Of a DNA stretch of 64,000 nucleotides, positions 43,429-58,880 are shown piece by piece (position 1 is the first letter of the stretch; each line of letters starts with the position of its first letter). The translations under genes were made by a program, and so were the position numbers. The DNA lies in assembly GCF_006345805.1 (NCBI RefSeq), contig NC_043011.1:51224464-51288463 (forward strand). The letters are read 5' to 3'. This DNA is from Octopus sinensis (Eukaryota). The notes under the pieces were generated by a model. The model did no database searches, was not told where the DNA came from, and saw only the letters and a list, made by a program, of their open reading frames with translations.

Positions 43429-46400
43429 TCACGTAATAAGTGTCACACATGCATCTACCTACATACACATATACATATACAACTCCCTTATATGTACATG
43501 CATTCAAATGAACCAAATACCCCACCTCACGTAATAAGTGTCACACATGCATCTACCTACATACACATATACATATACAACTCCCTTATATGTACATGCA
43601 TTCAAATGAACCAAATACCCCACCTCACGTAATAAGTGTCACACATACATCTACCTACATACACATATACATATACAACTCCCTTATATGTACATGCATT
43701 CAAATGAACCAATACCCCACCTCACGTAATAAGTGTCACACATACATCTACCTACATACACATATACATATACAACTCCCTTATATGTACATGCATTCAA
43801 ATGATGAACCAAATACCCCACCTCACGTAATAAGTGTCACACATGCATCTACCTACATACACATATACATATACAACTCCCTTATATGTACATGCATTCA
43901 AATGAACCAAATACCCCACCTCACGTAATAAGTGTCACACATACATCTACCTACATACACATATACATATACAACTCCCTTATATGTACATGCATTCAAT
44001 GAACCAAATACCCCCCCTCACGTAATAAGTGTCACACATACATCTACCTACATACACATATACATATACAACTCCCTTATATGTACATGCATCGAAATGA
44101 ACCAAATACCCCACCTCACGTAATAAGTGTCACACATACATCTACCTACATACACATATACATATACAACTCCCTTATAGTACCTGCATCGAAATGACCA
44201 AATACCCCACCTCACGTAATAAGTGTCACACATACATCTACCTACATACACATATACATATACAACTCCCTTATATGTACATACATTCAAATGAACCAAA
44301 TACCCCACCTCACGTAATAAGTGTCACACATACATCTACCTACATACACATATACATATACAACTCCCTTATATGTACATGCATTCAAATGAACCAAATA
44401 CCCCCCACCTCACGTAATAAGTGTCACACATACCTCTACCTACATACACATATACATATACAACTCCCTTATATGTACATGCATTCAATGAACCAATACC
44501 CCACCTCACGTAATAAGTGTCACACATACATCTACCTCTACATACACATATACATATACAACTCCCTTATATGTACATATATTCAAATGAACCAAATACC
44601 CCACCTCACGTAATAAGTGTCACACATACATCTACCTACATACACATATACATATACAACTCCCTTATATGTACATATATTCAAATGAACCAAATACCCC
44701 ACCTCACGTAATAAGTGTCACACATACCTCTACCTACATACACATATACATATACAACTCCCTTATATGTACATGCATTCAAATGAACCAAATACCCCAC
44801 CTCACGTAATAAGTGTCACACATACATCTACCTACATACACATATACATATACAACTCCCTTATATGTACATATATTCAAATGAACCAAATACCCCACCT
44901 CACGTAATAAGTGTCACACATACATCTACCTACATACACATATACATATACAACTCCCTTATATGTACATGCATTCAAATGAACCAAATACCCCACCTCA
45001 CGTAATAAGTGTCACACATACATCTACCTACATACACATATACATATACAACTCCCTTATATGTACATATATTCAAATGAACCAAATACCCCCCTCACGT
45101 AATAAGTGTCACACATACATCTACCTACATACACATATACATATACAACTCCCTTATGTACATGCATTCAAATGAACCAAATACCCCACCTCACGTAATA
45201 AGTGTCACACATACATCTACTACCTACATACACATATACATATACAACTCCCTTATATGTACATGCATTCAAATGAACCAAATACCCCACCTCACGTAAT
45301 AAGTGTCACACATGCATCTACCTACATACACTATACATATACAACTCCCTTATATGTACATGCATTCAAATGAACCAAATACCCCACCTCACGTATAAGT
45401 GTCACACATACATCTACCTACATACACATATACATATACAACTCCCTTATATGTACATGCATTCAAATGAACCAAATACCCCCCTCACGTAATAAGTGTC
45501 ACACATACATCTACCTACATACACATATACATATACAACTCCCTTATATGTACATGCATCGAAATGAACCAAATACCCCACCTCACGTAATAAGTGTCAC
45601 ACATACATCTACCTACATACACATATACATATACAACTCCCTTATATGTACATGCATCGAAATGAACCAAATACCCCACCTCACGTAATAAGTGTCACAC
45701 ATACATCTACCTACATACACTATACATATACAACTCCCTTATATGTACATACATTCAAATGAACCAATACCCCACCTCACGTAATAAGTGTCACACTACA
45801 TCTACCTACATACACTATACATATACAACTCCCTTATATGTACATGCATTCAAATGAACCAAATACCCCACCTCACGTAATAAGTGTCACACATACCTCT
45901 ACCTACATACACATATACATATACAACTCCCTTATATGTACATGCATTCAAATGAACCAATACCCCACCTCACGTAATAGTGTCACACATACATCTACCT
46001 ACATACACATATACATACAACTCCCTTATATGTACATATATTCAAATGAACCAAATACCCCACCCCACTCACGTAATAAGTGTCACATATACCTCTACCT
46101 ACATACACATATACATATACAACTCCCTTATATGTACATGCATTGAAATGAACCAAATACCCCACCTCACGTAATAAGTGTCACACATACATCTACCTAC
46201 ATACACATATACATATACAACTCCCTTAATGTACATGCATTCAAATGAACCAAATACCCCACCTCACGTAATAAGTGTCACACATACATCTACCTACATA
46301 CACATATACATATACAACTCACTCCCTTATATGTACATGCATTCAAATGAACCAAATACCCCACCTCACGTAATAAGTGTCACACATACCTCTACCTACA

Positions 46401-49400
46401 TACACATATACATATACAACTCCCTTATATGTACATGCATTCAAATGAACCAAATACCCCACCTCACGTAATAAGTGTCACACATGCATCTACCTACATA
46501 CACATATACATATACAACTCCCTTATATGTACATGCATTCAAATGAACCAAATACCCCACCTCACGTAATAAGTGTCACACATACCTCTACCTACATACA
46601 CATATACATATACAACTCCCTTATATGTACATGCATTCAAATGAACCAAATACCCCACCTCACGTAATAAGTGTCACACATGCATCTACCTACATACACA
46701 TATACATATACAACTCCCTTATATGTACATGCATTCAAATGAACCAAATACCCCACCTCACGTAATAAGTGTCACACATACATCTACCTACATACACATA
46801 TACATATACAACTCCCTTATATGTACATGCATTCAAATGAACCAAATACCCCACCTCACGTAATAAGTGTCACACATGCATCTACCTACATACACATATA
46901 CATATACAACTCCCTTATATGTACATGCATTCAAATGAACCAAATACCCCACCTCATGTAATAAGTGTCACACATACATCTACCTACATACATATATATA
47001 CAACTCCCTTATATGTACATGCATTCAAATGAACCAAATACCCCACCTCAACGTAATAAGTGTCAACATACATCTACCTACATACACATATACATATACA
47101 ACTCCCTTATATGTACATGCATTCAAATGAACCAAATACCCCACCTCACGTAATAAGTGTCACACATACATCTACCTACATACACATATACATATACAAC
47201 TCCCTTATATGTACATGCATTCAAATGAACCAAATACCCCACCTCACGTAATAAGTGTCACACATACATCTACCTACATACACATATACATATACAACTC
47301 CCTTATATGTACATGCATTCAAATGAACCAAATACCCCACCTCACGTAATAAGTGTCACACATACATCTACCTACATACACATATACATATACAACTCCC
47401 TTATATGTACATGCATTCAAATGAACCAAATACCCCACCTCACGTAATAAGTGTCACACATGCATCTACCTACATACACATATACATATACAACTCCCTT
47501 ATATGTACATGCATTCAAATGAACTAAATACCCCACCTCACGTAATAAGTGTCACACATACATCTACCTACATACACATATACATATACAACTCCCTTAT
47601 ATGTACATGCATTCAAATGAACCAAATACCCCACCTCACGTAATAAGTGTCACACATACATCTACCTACATACACATATACATAACAACTCCCTTATATG
47701 TACATGCATTCAAATGAACCAAATACCCCACCTCACGTAATAAGTGTCACACATACATCTACCATACACATATACATATACAACTCCCTTATATGTACAT
47801 GCATTCAAATGAACCAATACCCCACCTCACGTAATAAGTGTCACACATACATCTACCTACATACACATATACATATACAACTCCCTTATATGTACATGCA
47901 TTCAAATGAACCAAATACCCCACCTCACGTAATAAGTGTCACACATACATCTACCTACATACACATATACATATACAACTCCCTTATATGTACATGCATT
48001 CAAATGAACCAAATACCCCACCTCACGTAATAAGTGTCACACATGCATCTACCTACATACACATATACATATACAACTCCCTTATATGTACATACATTCA
48101 AATGAACCAAATACCCCACCTCACGTAATAAGTGTCACACATACATCTACCTACATACACATATACATATACAACTCCCTTATATGTACATATATTCAAA
48201 TGAACCAAATACCCCACCTCACGTAATAAGTGTCACACATACATCTACCTACATACACATATACATATACAACTCCCTTATATGTACATACATTCAAATG
48301 AACCAAATACCCCACCTCACGTAATAAGTGTCACACATACATCTACCTACATACACATATACATATACAACTCCCTTATATGTACATGCATTCAAATGAA
48401 CCAATACCCCCCTCACGTAATAAGTGTCACACATGCATCTACCTACATACACATATACATATACAACTCCCTTATATGTACATGCATTCAAATGAACCAA
48501 ATACCCCACCTCACGTAATAAGTGTCACACATACATCTACCTACATACACATATAATATACAACTCCCTTATATGTACATATATTCAAATGAACCAAATA
48601 CCCCACCTCACGTAATAAGTGTCACACATACCTCTACCTACATACACATATACATATACAACTCCCTTATATGTACATGCATTCAAATGAACCAAATACC
48701 CCACCTCACGTAAAAGTGTCACACATACATCTACCTACATACACATATACATATACAACTCCTTATATGTACATATATTCAAATGAACCAAATACCCCAC
48801 CTCACGTAATAAGTGTCACACATACATCTACCTACATACACATATACATATACAACTCCCTTATATGTACATGCATTCAAATGAACCAAATACCCCACCT
48901 CACGTAATAAGTGTCACACATACATCTACCTACATACACATATACATATACAACTCCCTTATATGTACATATATTCAAATAAACCAAATACCCCACCTCA
49001 CGTAATAAGTGTCACACATACATCTACCTACATACACATATACATATACAACTCCCTTATATGTACATGCATTCAAATGAACCAAATACCCCACCTCACG
49101 TAATAAGTGTCACACATACATCTACCTACTACACATATACATATACAACTCCTTATATGTACATATATTCAAATGAACCAAATACCCCATCACTCACGTA
49201 ATAAGTGTCACACATACATCTACCTACACATACACATATACATATACAACTCCCTATATGTACATGCATTCAAATGAACCAAATACCCCACCTCACGTAA
49301 TAAGTGTCACACATGCATCTACCTACATACAAATATACATATACAACTCCCTTATATGTACATGCATTCAAATGAACCAAATACCCCACCTCACGTAATA

Positions 49401-52400
49401 AGTGTCACACATACATCTACCTACATACACATATACATATACAACTCCCTTATATGTACATGCATTCAAATGAACCAAATACCCCACCTCACGTAATAAG
49501 TGTCACACATACATCTACCTACATACACATATACATATACAACTCCCTTATATGTACATGCATCGAAATGAACCAAATACCCCACCTCACGTAATAAGTG
49601 TCACACATACATCTACCTACATACACATATACATATACAACTCCCTTATATGTACATGCATCGAAATGAACCAAATATCCCACCTCACGTAATAAGTGTC
49701 ACACATACATCTACCTACATACACATATACATATACAACTCCCTTATATGTACATACATTCAAATGAACCAAATACCCCACCTCACGTAATAAGTGTCAC
49801 ACATACATCTACCTACATACACATATACATATACAACTCCCTTATATGTACATGCATTCAAATGAACCAAATACCCCACCTCACGTAATAAGTGTCACAC
49901 ATACCTCTACCTACATACACATATACATATACAACTCCCTTATATGTACATGCATTCAAATGAACCAAATACCCCACCTCACGTAAAAAGTGTCACACAT
50001 ACATCTACCTACATACACATACATATACAACTCCCTTATATGTACATATATTCAATGAACCAAATACCCCACCTCACGTAATAAGTGTCACACATACCTC
50101 TACCTACATACACATATATAATGTACAACTCCCTTATATGTACATGCATTCAAATGAACCAAATACCCCACCTCACGTAATAAGTGTCACACATACATCT
50201 ACCTACATACACATATACATATACAACTCCCTTATATGTACATGCATTCAAATGAACCAAATACCCCACCTCACGTAATAAGTGTCCACATACATCTACC
50301 TACATACACATATACATATACAACTCCCTTATATGTACATGCATTCAAATGAACCAAATACCCCACCTCACGTAATAAGTGTCACACATACCTCTACCTA
50401 CATACACATATACATATACAACTCCCTATATGTACATGCATTCAAATGAACCAACTATCATTCCCAACACCCCACCTCACGTAATAAGTGTCACACATGC
50501 ATCTACCTACATACACATATACATATACAACTCCCTTATATGTACATGCATTCAAATGAACCAAATACCCCACCTCACGTAATAAGTGTCACACATACAT
50601 CTACCTACATACACATATACATATACAACTCCCTTATATGTACATGCATTCAAATGAACCAAATACCCCACCTCACGTAAAGTGTCACACATGCATCTAC
50701 CTACATACACATATACATATACAACTCCCTTATATGTACATGCATTCAAATGAACCAAATACCCCACCTCACGTAATAAGTGTCACACATACATCTACCT
50801 ACATACACATATACATATACAACTCCCTTATATGTACATGCATTCAAATGAACCAAATACCCCACCTCACGTCATGTAAGGTCACACATACATCTACCTA
50901 CATACACATATACATATACAACTCCTTATATGTACATGCATTCAAATGAACCAAATACCCCACCTCACGTAATAAGTGTCACACATACATCTACCTACAT
51001 ACACATATACATATACAACTCCCTTATATGTACATATATTCAAATGAACCAAATACCCCACCTCACGTAATAAGTGTCACACATACCTCTACCTACATAC
51101 ACATATACATATACAACTCCCTATATGTACATGCATTCAATGAACCAAATACCCCACCTCACGTATAAGTGTCACACATACATCTACCTACATACACAAT
51201 ATACATATACAACTCCCTATATGTACATGCATTCAAATGAACCAAATACCCCACCTCACGTAATAAGTGTCACACATGCATCTACCTACATACACATATA
51301 CATATACAACTCCCTTATATGTACATGCATTCAAATGAACTAAATACCCCACCTCACGTAATAGTGTCACACATACATCTACCTACATACACATATACAT
51401 ATACAACTCCCTTATGTACATGCATTCAAATGAACCAAATACCCCACCTCACGTAATAAGTGTCACACATACATCTACCTACATACACATATACATATAC
51501 AACTCCCTTATATGTACATGCATTCAAATGAACCAAATACCCCACCTCACGTAATAAGTGTCACACATAATCTATACCTACATACACATATACATATACA
51601 ACTCCCTTATATGTACATGCATTCAAATGAACCAAATACCCCACCACCTCACGTAATAAGTGTCACACATACATCTACCTACATACACATATACATATAC
51701 AACTCCCTTATATGTACATGCATTCAAATGAACCAAATACCCCACCTCACGTAATAAGTGTCACACATACATCTACCTACATACCATATACATATACAAC
51801 TCCCTTATATGTACATGCATTCAAATGAACCAAATACCCCACCTCACGTAATAAGTGTCACACATCATCTACCTACATACACATATACATATACAACTCC
51901 CTTATATGTACATGCATTCAAATGAACCAAATACCCACCTCACGTAATAAGTGTCACACATGCATCTACCTACACACACATATACATATACAACTCCCTT
52001 ATACGTACATGCATTCAAATGAACCAAATACCCCACCTCACGTAATAAGTGTCACACATACATCTACCTACATACACATATACATATACAACTCCCTTAT
52101 ATGTACATGCATTCAATGAACCAAATACCCCACCTCACGTAATAAGTGTCACACATGCATCTACCTACATACACATATACATATACAACTCCCTTATATG
52201 TACATGCATTCAAATGAACCAAATACCCCACCTCACGTAATAAGTGTCACACATACATCTACCTACATACAGATATACATATACAACTCCCTTATATGTA
52301 CATGCATTCAAATGAACCAAATACCCCACCTCACGTAATAAGTGTCACACATACATCTACCTACATACACATATACATATACAACTCCCTTATATGTACA

Positions 52401-54576
52401 TGCATTCAAATGAACCAAATACCCCACCTCACGTAATAAGTGTCACACATGCATCTACCTACATACACATATACATATACAACTCCCTTATATGTACATG
52501 CATTCAAATGAACCAATACCCCACCTCACGTAATAAGTGTCACACATACATCTACCTACATACACATATACATATACAACTCCCTTATATGTACATGCAT
52601 TCAAATGAACCAAATACCCCACCTCACGTAATAAGTGTCACACATGCATCTACCTACATACACATATACATATACAACTCCCTTATATGTACATGCATTC
52701 AAATGAACCAAATACCCCACCTCACGTAATAAGTGTCACACATGCATCTACCTACATACACATATACATATACAACTCCCTTATATGTACATGCATTCAA
52801 ATGAACCAAATACCCCACCTCACGTAATAAGTGTCACACATGCATCTACCTACATACACATATACATATACAACTCCCTTATATGTACATATATTCAAAT
52901 GAACCAAATACCCCACCTCACGTAATAAGTGTCACACATGCATCTACCTACATACACATATACATATACAACTCCCTTATATGTACATATATTCAAACGA
53001 ACCAAATACCCCACCTCACGTAATAAGTGTCACACATACATCTACCTACATACACATATACATATACAACTCCCTTATATGTACATGCATTCAAATGAAC
53101 CAAATACCCCACCTCACGTAATAAGTGTCACACATACCTCTACCTACATACACATATACATATACAACTCCCTTATGTACATATATTCAAATGAACCAAA
53201 CCCCACCCCACCTCACTTAATAAGTGTCACACATACATCTACCTACATACACATATACATATACAACTCCCTTATATGTACATATATTCAAATGAACCAA
53301 TACCCCCCCACCTCACGTATAAGTGTCACACATGCATCTACCTACATACACATATACATATACAACTCCCTTATATGTACATATATTCAAACGAACCAAA
53401 TACCCCACCTCACGTAATAAGTGTCACACATACATCTACCTACATACACATATACATATACAACTCCCTTATATGTACATATTCAAATGAACCAAATACC
53501 CCACCTCACGTAATAAGTGTCACACATACCTCTACCTACATACACATATACATATACAACTCCCTTATATGTACATATATTCAAATGAACCAAATACCCC
53601 ACCTCACGTAATAAGTGTCACACATACCTCTACCTACATACACATATACATATACAACTCCCTTATATGTACATATATTCAAATGAACCAAATACCCCAC
53701 CTCACGTAATAAGTGTCACACATACCTCTACCTACATACACATATACATATACAACTCCCTTATATGTACATATATTCAAATGAACCAAATACCCCCCCT
53801 CACGTAATAAGTGTCACACATACCTCTACCTACATACACATATACATATACAACTCCTTATATGTACATATATTCAAATGAACCAAATACCCCACCTCAC
53901 GTAATAAGTGTCACACATACCTCTACCTACATACACATATACATATACAACTCCCTTATATGTACATATATTCAAATGAACCAAATACCCCACCACACGT
54001 AAGTGTCACACATACATCTACCTACATACACATATACATATACAACTCCCTTATATGTACATATATTCAAATGAACCAAATACCCCACCTCACGTAATAA
54101 GTGTCACACATACATCTACCTACATACACATATACATATACAACTCCTTATATGTACATATATTCAAATGAACCAAATACCCCACCTCACGTAATAAGTG
54201 TCACACATGCATCTACCTACATACACATATACATATACAACTCCCTTATATGTACATGCATTCAAATGAACCAAATACCCCACCTCACGTAATAAGTGTC
54301 ACACATACATCTACCCTACACACATATACATATACAACTCCCTTATATGTACATGCATTCAAATGAACCAAATACCCCACCTCACGTAATAAGTGTCACA
54401 CATACATCTACCTACATACACATATACATATACAACTCCCTATATGTACATATATTCAAATGAACCAAATACCCCACCTCACGTAATAAGTGTCACACAT
54501 GCATCTACCTACATACACATATACATATACAACTCCCTTATATGTACATGCATTCAAATGAACCAAATACCGCACC
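43429..54576. repeat. 98-bp satellite array, about 114 copies (11.1 kb)
   Basis: Unit TCACGTAATAAGTGTCACACATACATCTACCTACATACACATATACATATACAACTCCCTTATATGTACATGCATTCAAATGAACCAAATACCCCACC; first two units start at 43429 and 43527. Confidence 0.99.
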
Positions 54577-55939
54577 GCTTCCCCAGTTTTATTTACATTT
54601 GGTAGAGAATAGAAGCGGAGATTAAGACAGTAGAAGAGCTGAAGGCAATGAGTGGAAAAGAAAAGGTGGAAGAAGATAGTAATGAAGAATGCAGACGGTA
54701 AAGGTGGCGGAAGAGATGGAAATAAAGGAAGGAAACAGTGGGGAGGAGGGCGAAGCTTGAGGCTGGCAGTTGGTTTTCTCTTTGTCTTTGTCTTTCCAAA
54801 CTTCGTTTGATTTTCAAAACTTTGGCCTTGGATTACATGGTGAATGGTATGTTGTTGACTGGGCTGTAGCGCAGAAGGTAGGAAGGGGTTTATGTTTGGT
54901 TTGTCAAACACTATTGACCTCGAAGGGGCCTGGTGGTGAAGTAGTTACAGTAGTTATAGTGGTGGTCGTCGTCGTGGTAGATGTTGTGGCAATAGTTATA
55001 GTGGTGTTGGCGAAGGTTGTTACTGTTTGGCTCCATGACAATGTTGGAAGACGTTCCACCCATGATTATCCAATCTTTATATAAGACTGTCTAGAAGGAA
55101 ATTATCTAATATTCACCCTTACCTTTTTTTTATGAAAATAGAGTAATATGATTTGAGAGCAGTTTGGCGACTATTTCTAACAGGTCGAGCTACCAGAAAA
55201 TATTGGTTTCAAATTTTAGCACAAGGCCAGCAGTTTCGGACGAGAGGGCAAATCGATTACATCGACTCCAGTGTTCAACTGGTATTTATTTTATTGACCC
55301 CGAAAGTATGAAAGGCAACGTCGACCTCGGCGGAATTTGAACTCAGACGGACAAAATACCGCTTACCGTTTCGCCCGATGTGCAAACGATTCTGCCAGCC
55401 CACTGCCTTAGAGCTCTAAGAGAAGATTACGATGTTGATTGCAATAGTTCTAGTGGTGTTGCGACGGAGTAGCACTGGTGGTTGTGTTGGTGGTGGTTGT
55501 ACTAGTGGTAGGGCTGTTTTAGTAGCATTATAAACACCCGGGCAAATCAATGCCTCGGGAAAATCAATGCTCTGGGCCCTATAATGTTTTTTATTGACAG
55601 CAACACATAGATTAGAATTGGGACCCCTAGACCTGTGAGGGCCCCTAGGCAACTGCCCAATGTGCCCATCCGTTAAGGCAGCACTGAGTGGTGGCGATGG
55701 TGATTGTTATGATATTCTTAATGCTTTTCTTTATGTGATTTGATCATGAAAGAAGAGACTGTGTCCATAGCTTTTGCAGGACCCCAACCTAGCCTCCAAG
55801 ACCAACGAAATATTGTAGAAATATAGGTTGATGGTCAAAATTCTGGGATGAAAGGACTGGGAGTAAATTGAGGCCAGTTCTGATCAGTCTAACCCATGAC
55901 ATCCATGTGTAACCCACAGAACAGTTTTTCTAGATTGGT

Positions 55940-58290
55940 AAGTATACCTAGTAACCAGATTGGTTACTCTGGTATATTTACTACGTATGCTATACTTACT
56001 CTGGTATACTTCGAAAGTGCTATACTTCTACTGGATTACTTACCATGTGGTATAGGAACTATATGGTATTCTTACAACGTAGTATTCTTACGAGGTTGGG
56101 CTGAAAAGTTCAGGGCTAAGTTTAATTTCCAACATAGTCTTCCTCAGTCTTGCAGTGCATGGAATTTTTGAACGGCCTAGGCGACCGAGGCCGTAGGTAC
56201 TCGGAGTGCACAGGCAGTCCAATATGGCCTCCGCAGGTGGCTGCGGAGGTAATAGAGCATAAAAATTCTGTCAAGGGTCATAGCGACCTTTGACAAGAAA
56301 GAGTTTGCTTTCCTCTTCACGGGCCCCGACTTGTCGGTGCAGAGTTGCCTACAGGCGGCAAGTCAACTTGCTTGGGGGCTCCGATGAGGAGGATTGACCT
56401 TCAGTTTATTGATTTGTATTGATATTTTGATATTTGTATTCGAGGGCTTGTTGGTTGGTGGGCGCCGACATCTCTCTCATTTTTATCATTATGTTTCCAT
56501 TCCATCTCATTTTGTCTACGTCCAGCCCACAAGCTTCTTACTATGTGCAATGCCCTTGTGGCAAATTATATGAAATAAAGAAGCTACCATCATATTGATA
56601 ACAGAAAACCAACAGCAGCAGACATTACGTCATCATCACTGTGATACTGGTTCCCAGCCAAGTGCTTTTTCATCTTGTGGAGAAGATGATTGTCTGATGG
56701 AACGAAATCAGGAGAATAGGAAGACTGATCGACCAGTTCAAAGCCAGAGTCACGCACAGCAGCAATTGAAAGCAAAGACTCGTGTGCTGGAGTATTGTCC
56801 TGATGAAACAAGATTCCTTTCGTCAGATTTCCTGGCTGCTTGGTCGTGACAGACTTCCGTAACAGCCTCAGCAAGTTCACATGGTACTCTCCATTGATGA
56901 TGTGGCCCTTTTGAAGATAGTCAAATACAATACCTTTTGCATCCCCCAAATTGAGGTCATCAGCTTTCTTGCGTATGAAACGACCTTGGACTTTTTTGGA
57001 GCAGGTGATGAGTGGTGTTTCCATTGCGTGGATTGTCTCTTTATTTCTGGCTCAAAGTGATGGAGTCAATACTTATCCTGGGTTATGAAACATTGAAGGG
57101 AATCAGCTGGATCTGCTTCAAAAAAATGACAGATTTTGCCATGGTGTGATCAGCTTGGTGCGCTCTTGATTTGCTGTCTGAAGACATGACGCCTACTGAG
57201 CAGAAACGTTCGTCATATCACGTTCGTCGTGCAGAATATTGTCAACTCTCTCACAGGATATGCTTATTAGCATTGGCTATTTGATTTATAGTCATCCATC
57301 AGCATGTGGTGAACATGATCAATGTTTTTCTTGGTGGTGCCTGTTGTAGGACTTCCAGACCTTGGGTTGCCTTCAAAACTCTCTGTTCCCCTCGCAAATT
57401 CAGCAGCCCACTTTCGCATTATTGATAAAGCTGGAACATCATCCTCTAATGTAGCCACCTTGTCATCATAAATGTCGTTGGGGGCTAAACTCTTTCTTCT
57501 TTTTTTTTTTGCAAGTACTTGATAACAGCACGATGTCAAATTTTGTCCATTTTCCAGAGAAGTCGCCACTAGTTACTTTTAAAGCCTTCTTTGAACATTC
57601 GGATGTGAGTTTACCCAGAAAGAAACAATGCAGTTATTAATAAGAAAGATCGAAATTAATACATGAACAATTTCACAGTTCTAGCGCCACTCCTTCATGG
57701 TAACTTTTCAGCGAACCTTCGTACTCGGGTATACTTACTATGTTGAATACTGACAATGTGGTATACTTACTCTGGTATAGTTACTTCGTGGCATACTTAC
57801 TCTGGTATAGTTACTTCGTGGCATACTTACTCTGGTATACTTACTATGTGGTATTCGTTCTCTGGTATATTTACTACGTGGTATTTTTTCTCTGGTATAC
57901 TAACTATGTGGCATACTTACTCTGGTATACTTCCCATGTGGTATTCTTGCTCTGGTATACCTACTATGTGATATATTACTCTGGTATATTTATTATGTGG
58001 TATATTACTCTGGTACACTTAGTACGTGGTATACTTATTCTGGTATAATTACTATGTGGCATAATTACTCTGGTATACTTACTATGTGGTATACTTATTA
58101 TATAGTACACTTACAACGGTATACATACTATGTGGTATACTTACTATATAGTATACTTACTATATAGCATACTTATAATATAGTATACTTACTATATAGT
58201 ATACTTACTATGTGATATACTCATCCTGTGGTATACTTACTATGTTGTATATCTATTATAGTATACTTAATATATGGTGTATTTATTATG
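55940..58290. repeat. Degenerate TATACTTACT(CTGG/ATGTGG) minisatellite split by a mariner insertion
   Basis: The same motif lies at 55940-56088 and 57724-58290, on both sides of the mariner. Confidence 0.8.
56091..57721 (-). mobile_element. Decayed mariner with a nested ~400-bp insertion
   Basis: TIR-like ends CGAGGTTGGGCTGAAAAGTT / AACTTTTCAGCGAACCTTCG flanked by TA. ORFs contain ILFHQDNTPAH...YSPDFVPSD and WAAEFARG...PRSGSP. Insertion at about 56178-56583 ends with AATAAA. Confidence 0.85.
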
Positions 58291-58549
58291 GTGACGTTAC
58301 TGTGTGGGATACTTTTATGTTTTCGTATAGCTAGAAAGCACAATACGCTCTGTCATGCAGTGGCAAGTCCGAAGAGAGGCGACATGATAGTCTGTACGTA
58401 TTGCATATACCAGATATGCAAGTAATGGCATTGGACATTTTCGGGATCTTTTGCTTGTACTTGAGATCATAGCGATCCCACACTCCCCAGCCAGTAACTT
58501 ATATTTACACTGGATATCTAGCCTTGGCTTGTCTCTAGCTCAGTTCACT

Positions 58550-58880
58550 AGGGTGGAGAGGGATTCTGGGGTTCTGTGTAAGTCTCGTTGGACCTAGAAG
58601 TTTAGGTTGTGCAATCGCCAGCGAGGCGACTATGCAATGTTGCCTGCTTGAATAGAAAGACGCCGAGGCGAGCATAGAAGCACGGGTATTGGCTAACATT
58701 TCACGTGTGCAATGGTCAGTGGTGGCCTTCCTCGGTCGACCACTGTATCTACAAATGTTTAAAAATAGACTGGAGACTGTAGAGAATACAATACGTTCAG
58801 ACTGTCAATTCGCATCTCTTCGGACTTGTATGTTAAGCATTTTGCTTGGGCACGGTACCGATTCTGCCTGCTTTCCACCT
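58550..58880 (-). mobile_element. Possible highly decayed Tc1-type transposase N-terminal fragment
   Basis: Minus strand reads ...RYSGRPRKATT..., resembling the Tc1 GRPRK linker; otherwise interrupted by stops. Confidence 0.3.

Noticed and set aside
43429-54576. CRISPR-like regular array
   Set aside because: Units are contiguous near-identical repeats with no unique spacers, no cas genes, and a eukaryotic context.
43285-54605. Dozens of ORFs with repeated SNEPNTPPHVISVTH/YIHIYIY peptides
   Set aside because: Translations of the 98-bp satellite; the unit length is not a multiple of 3 and frames shift every unit.
57740-58048. 102-aa ORF with repeated YLLWYSYFV resembling a membrane protein
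   Set aside because: Translation of the degenerate TATACTTACT minisatellite.
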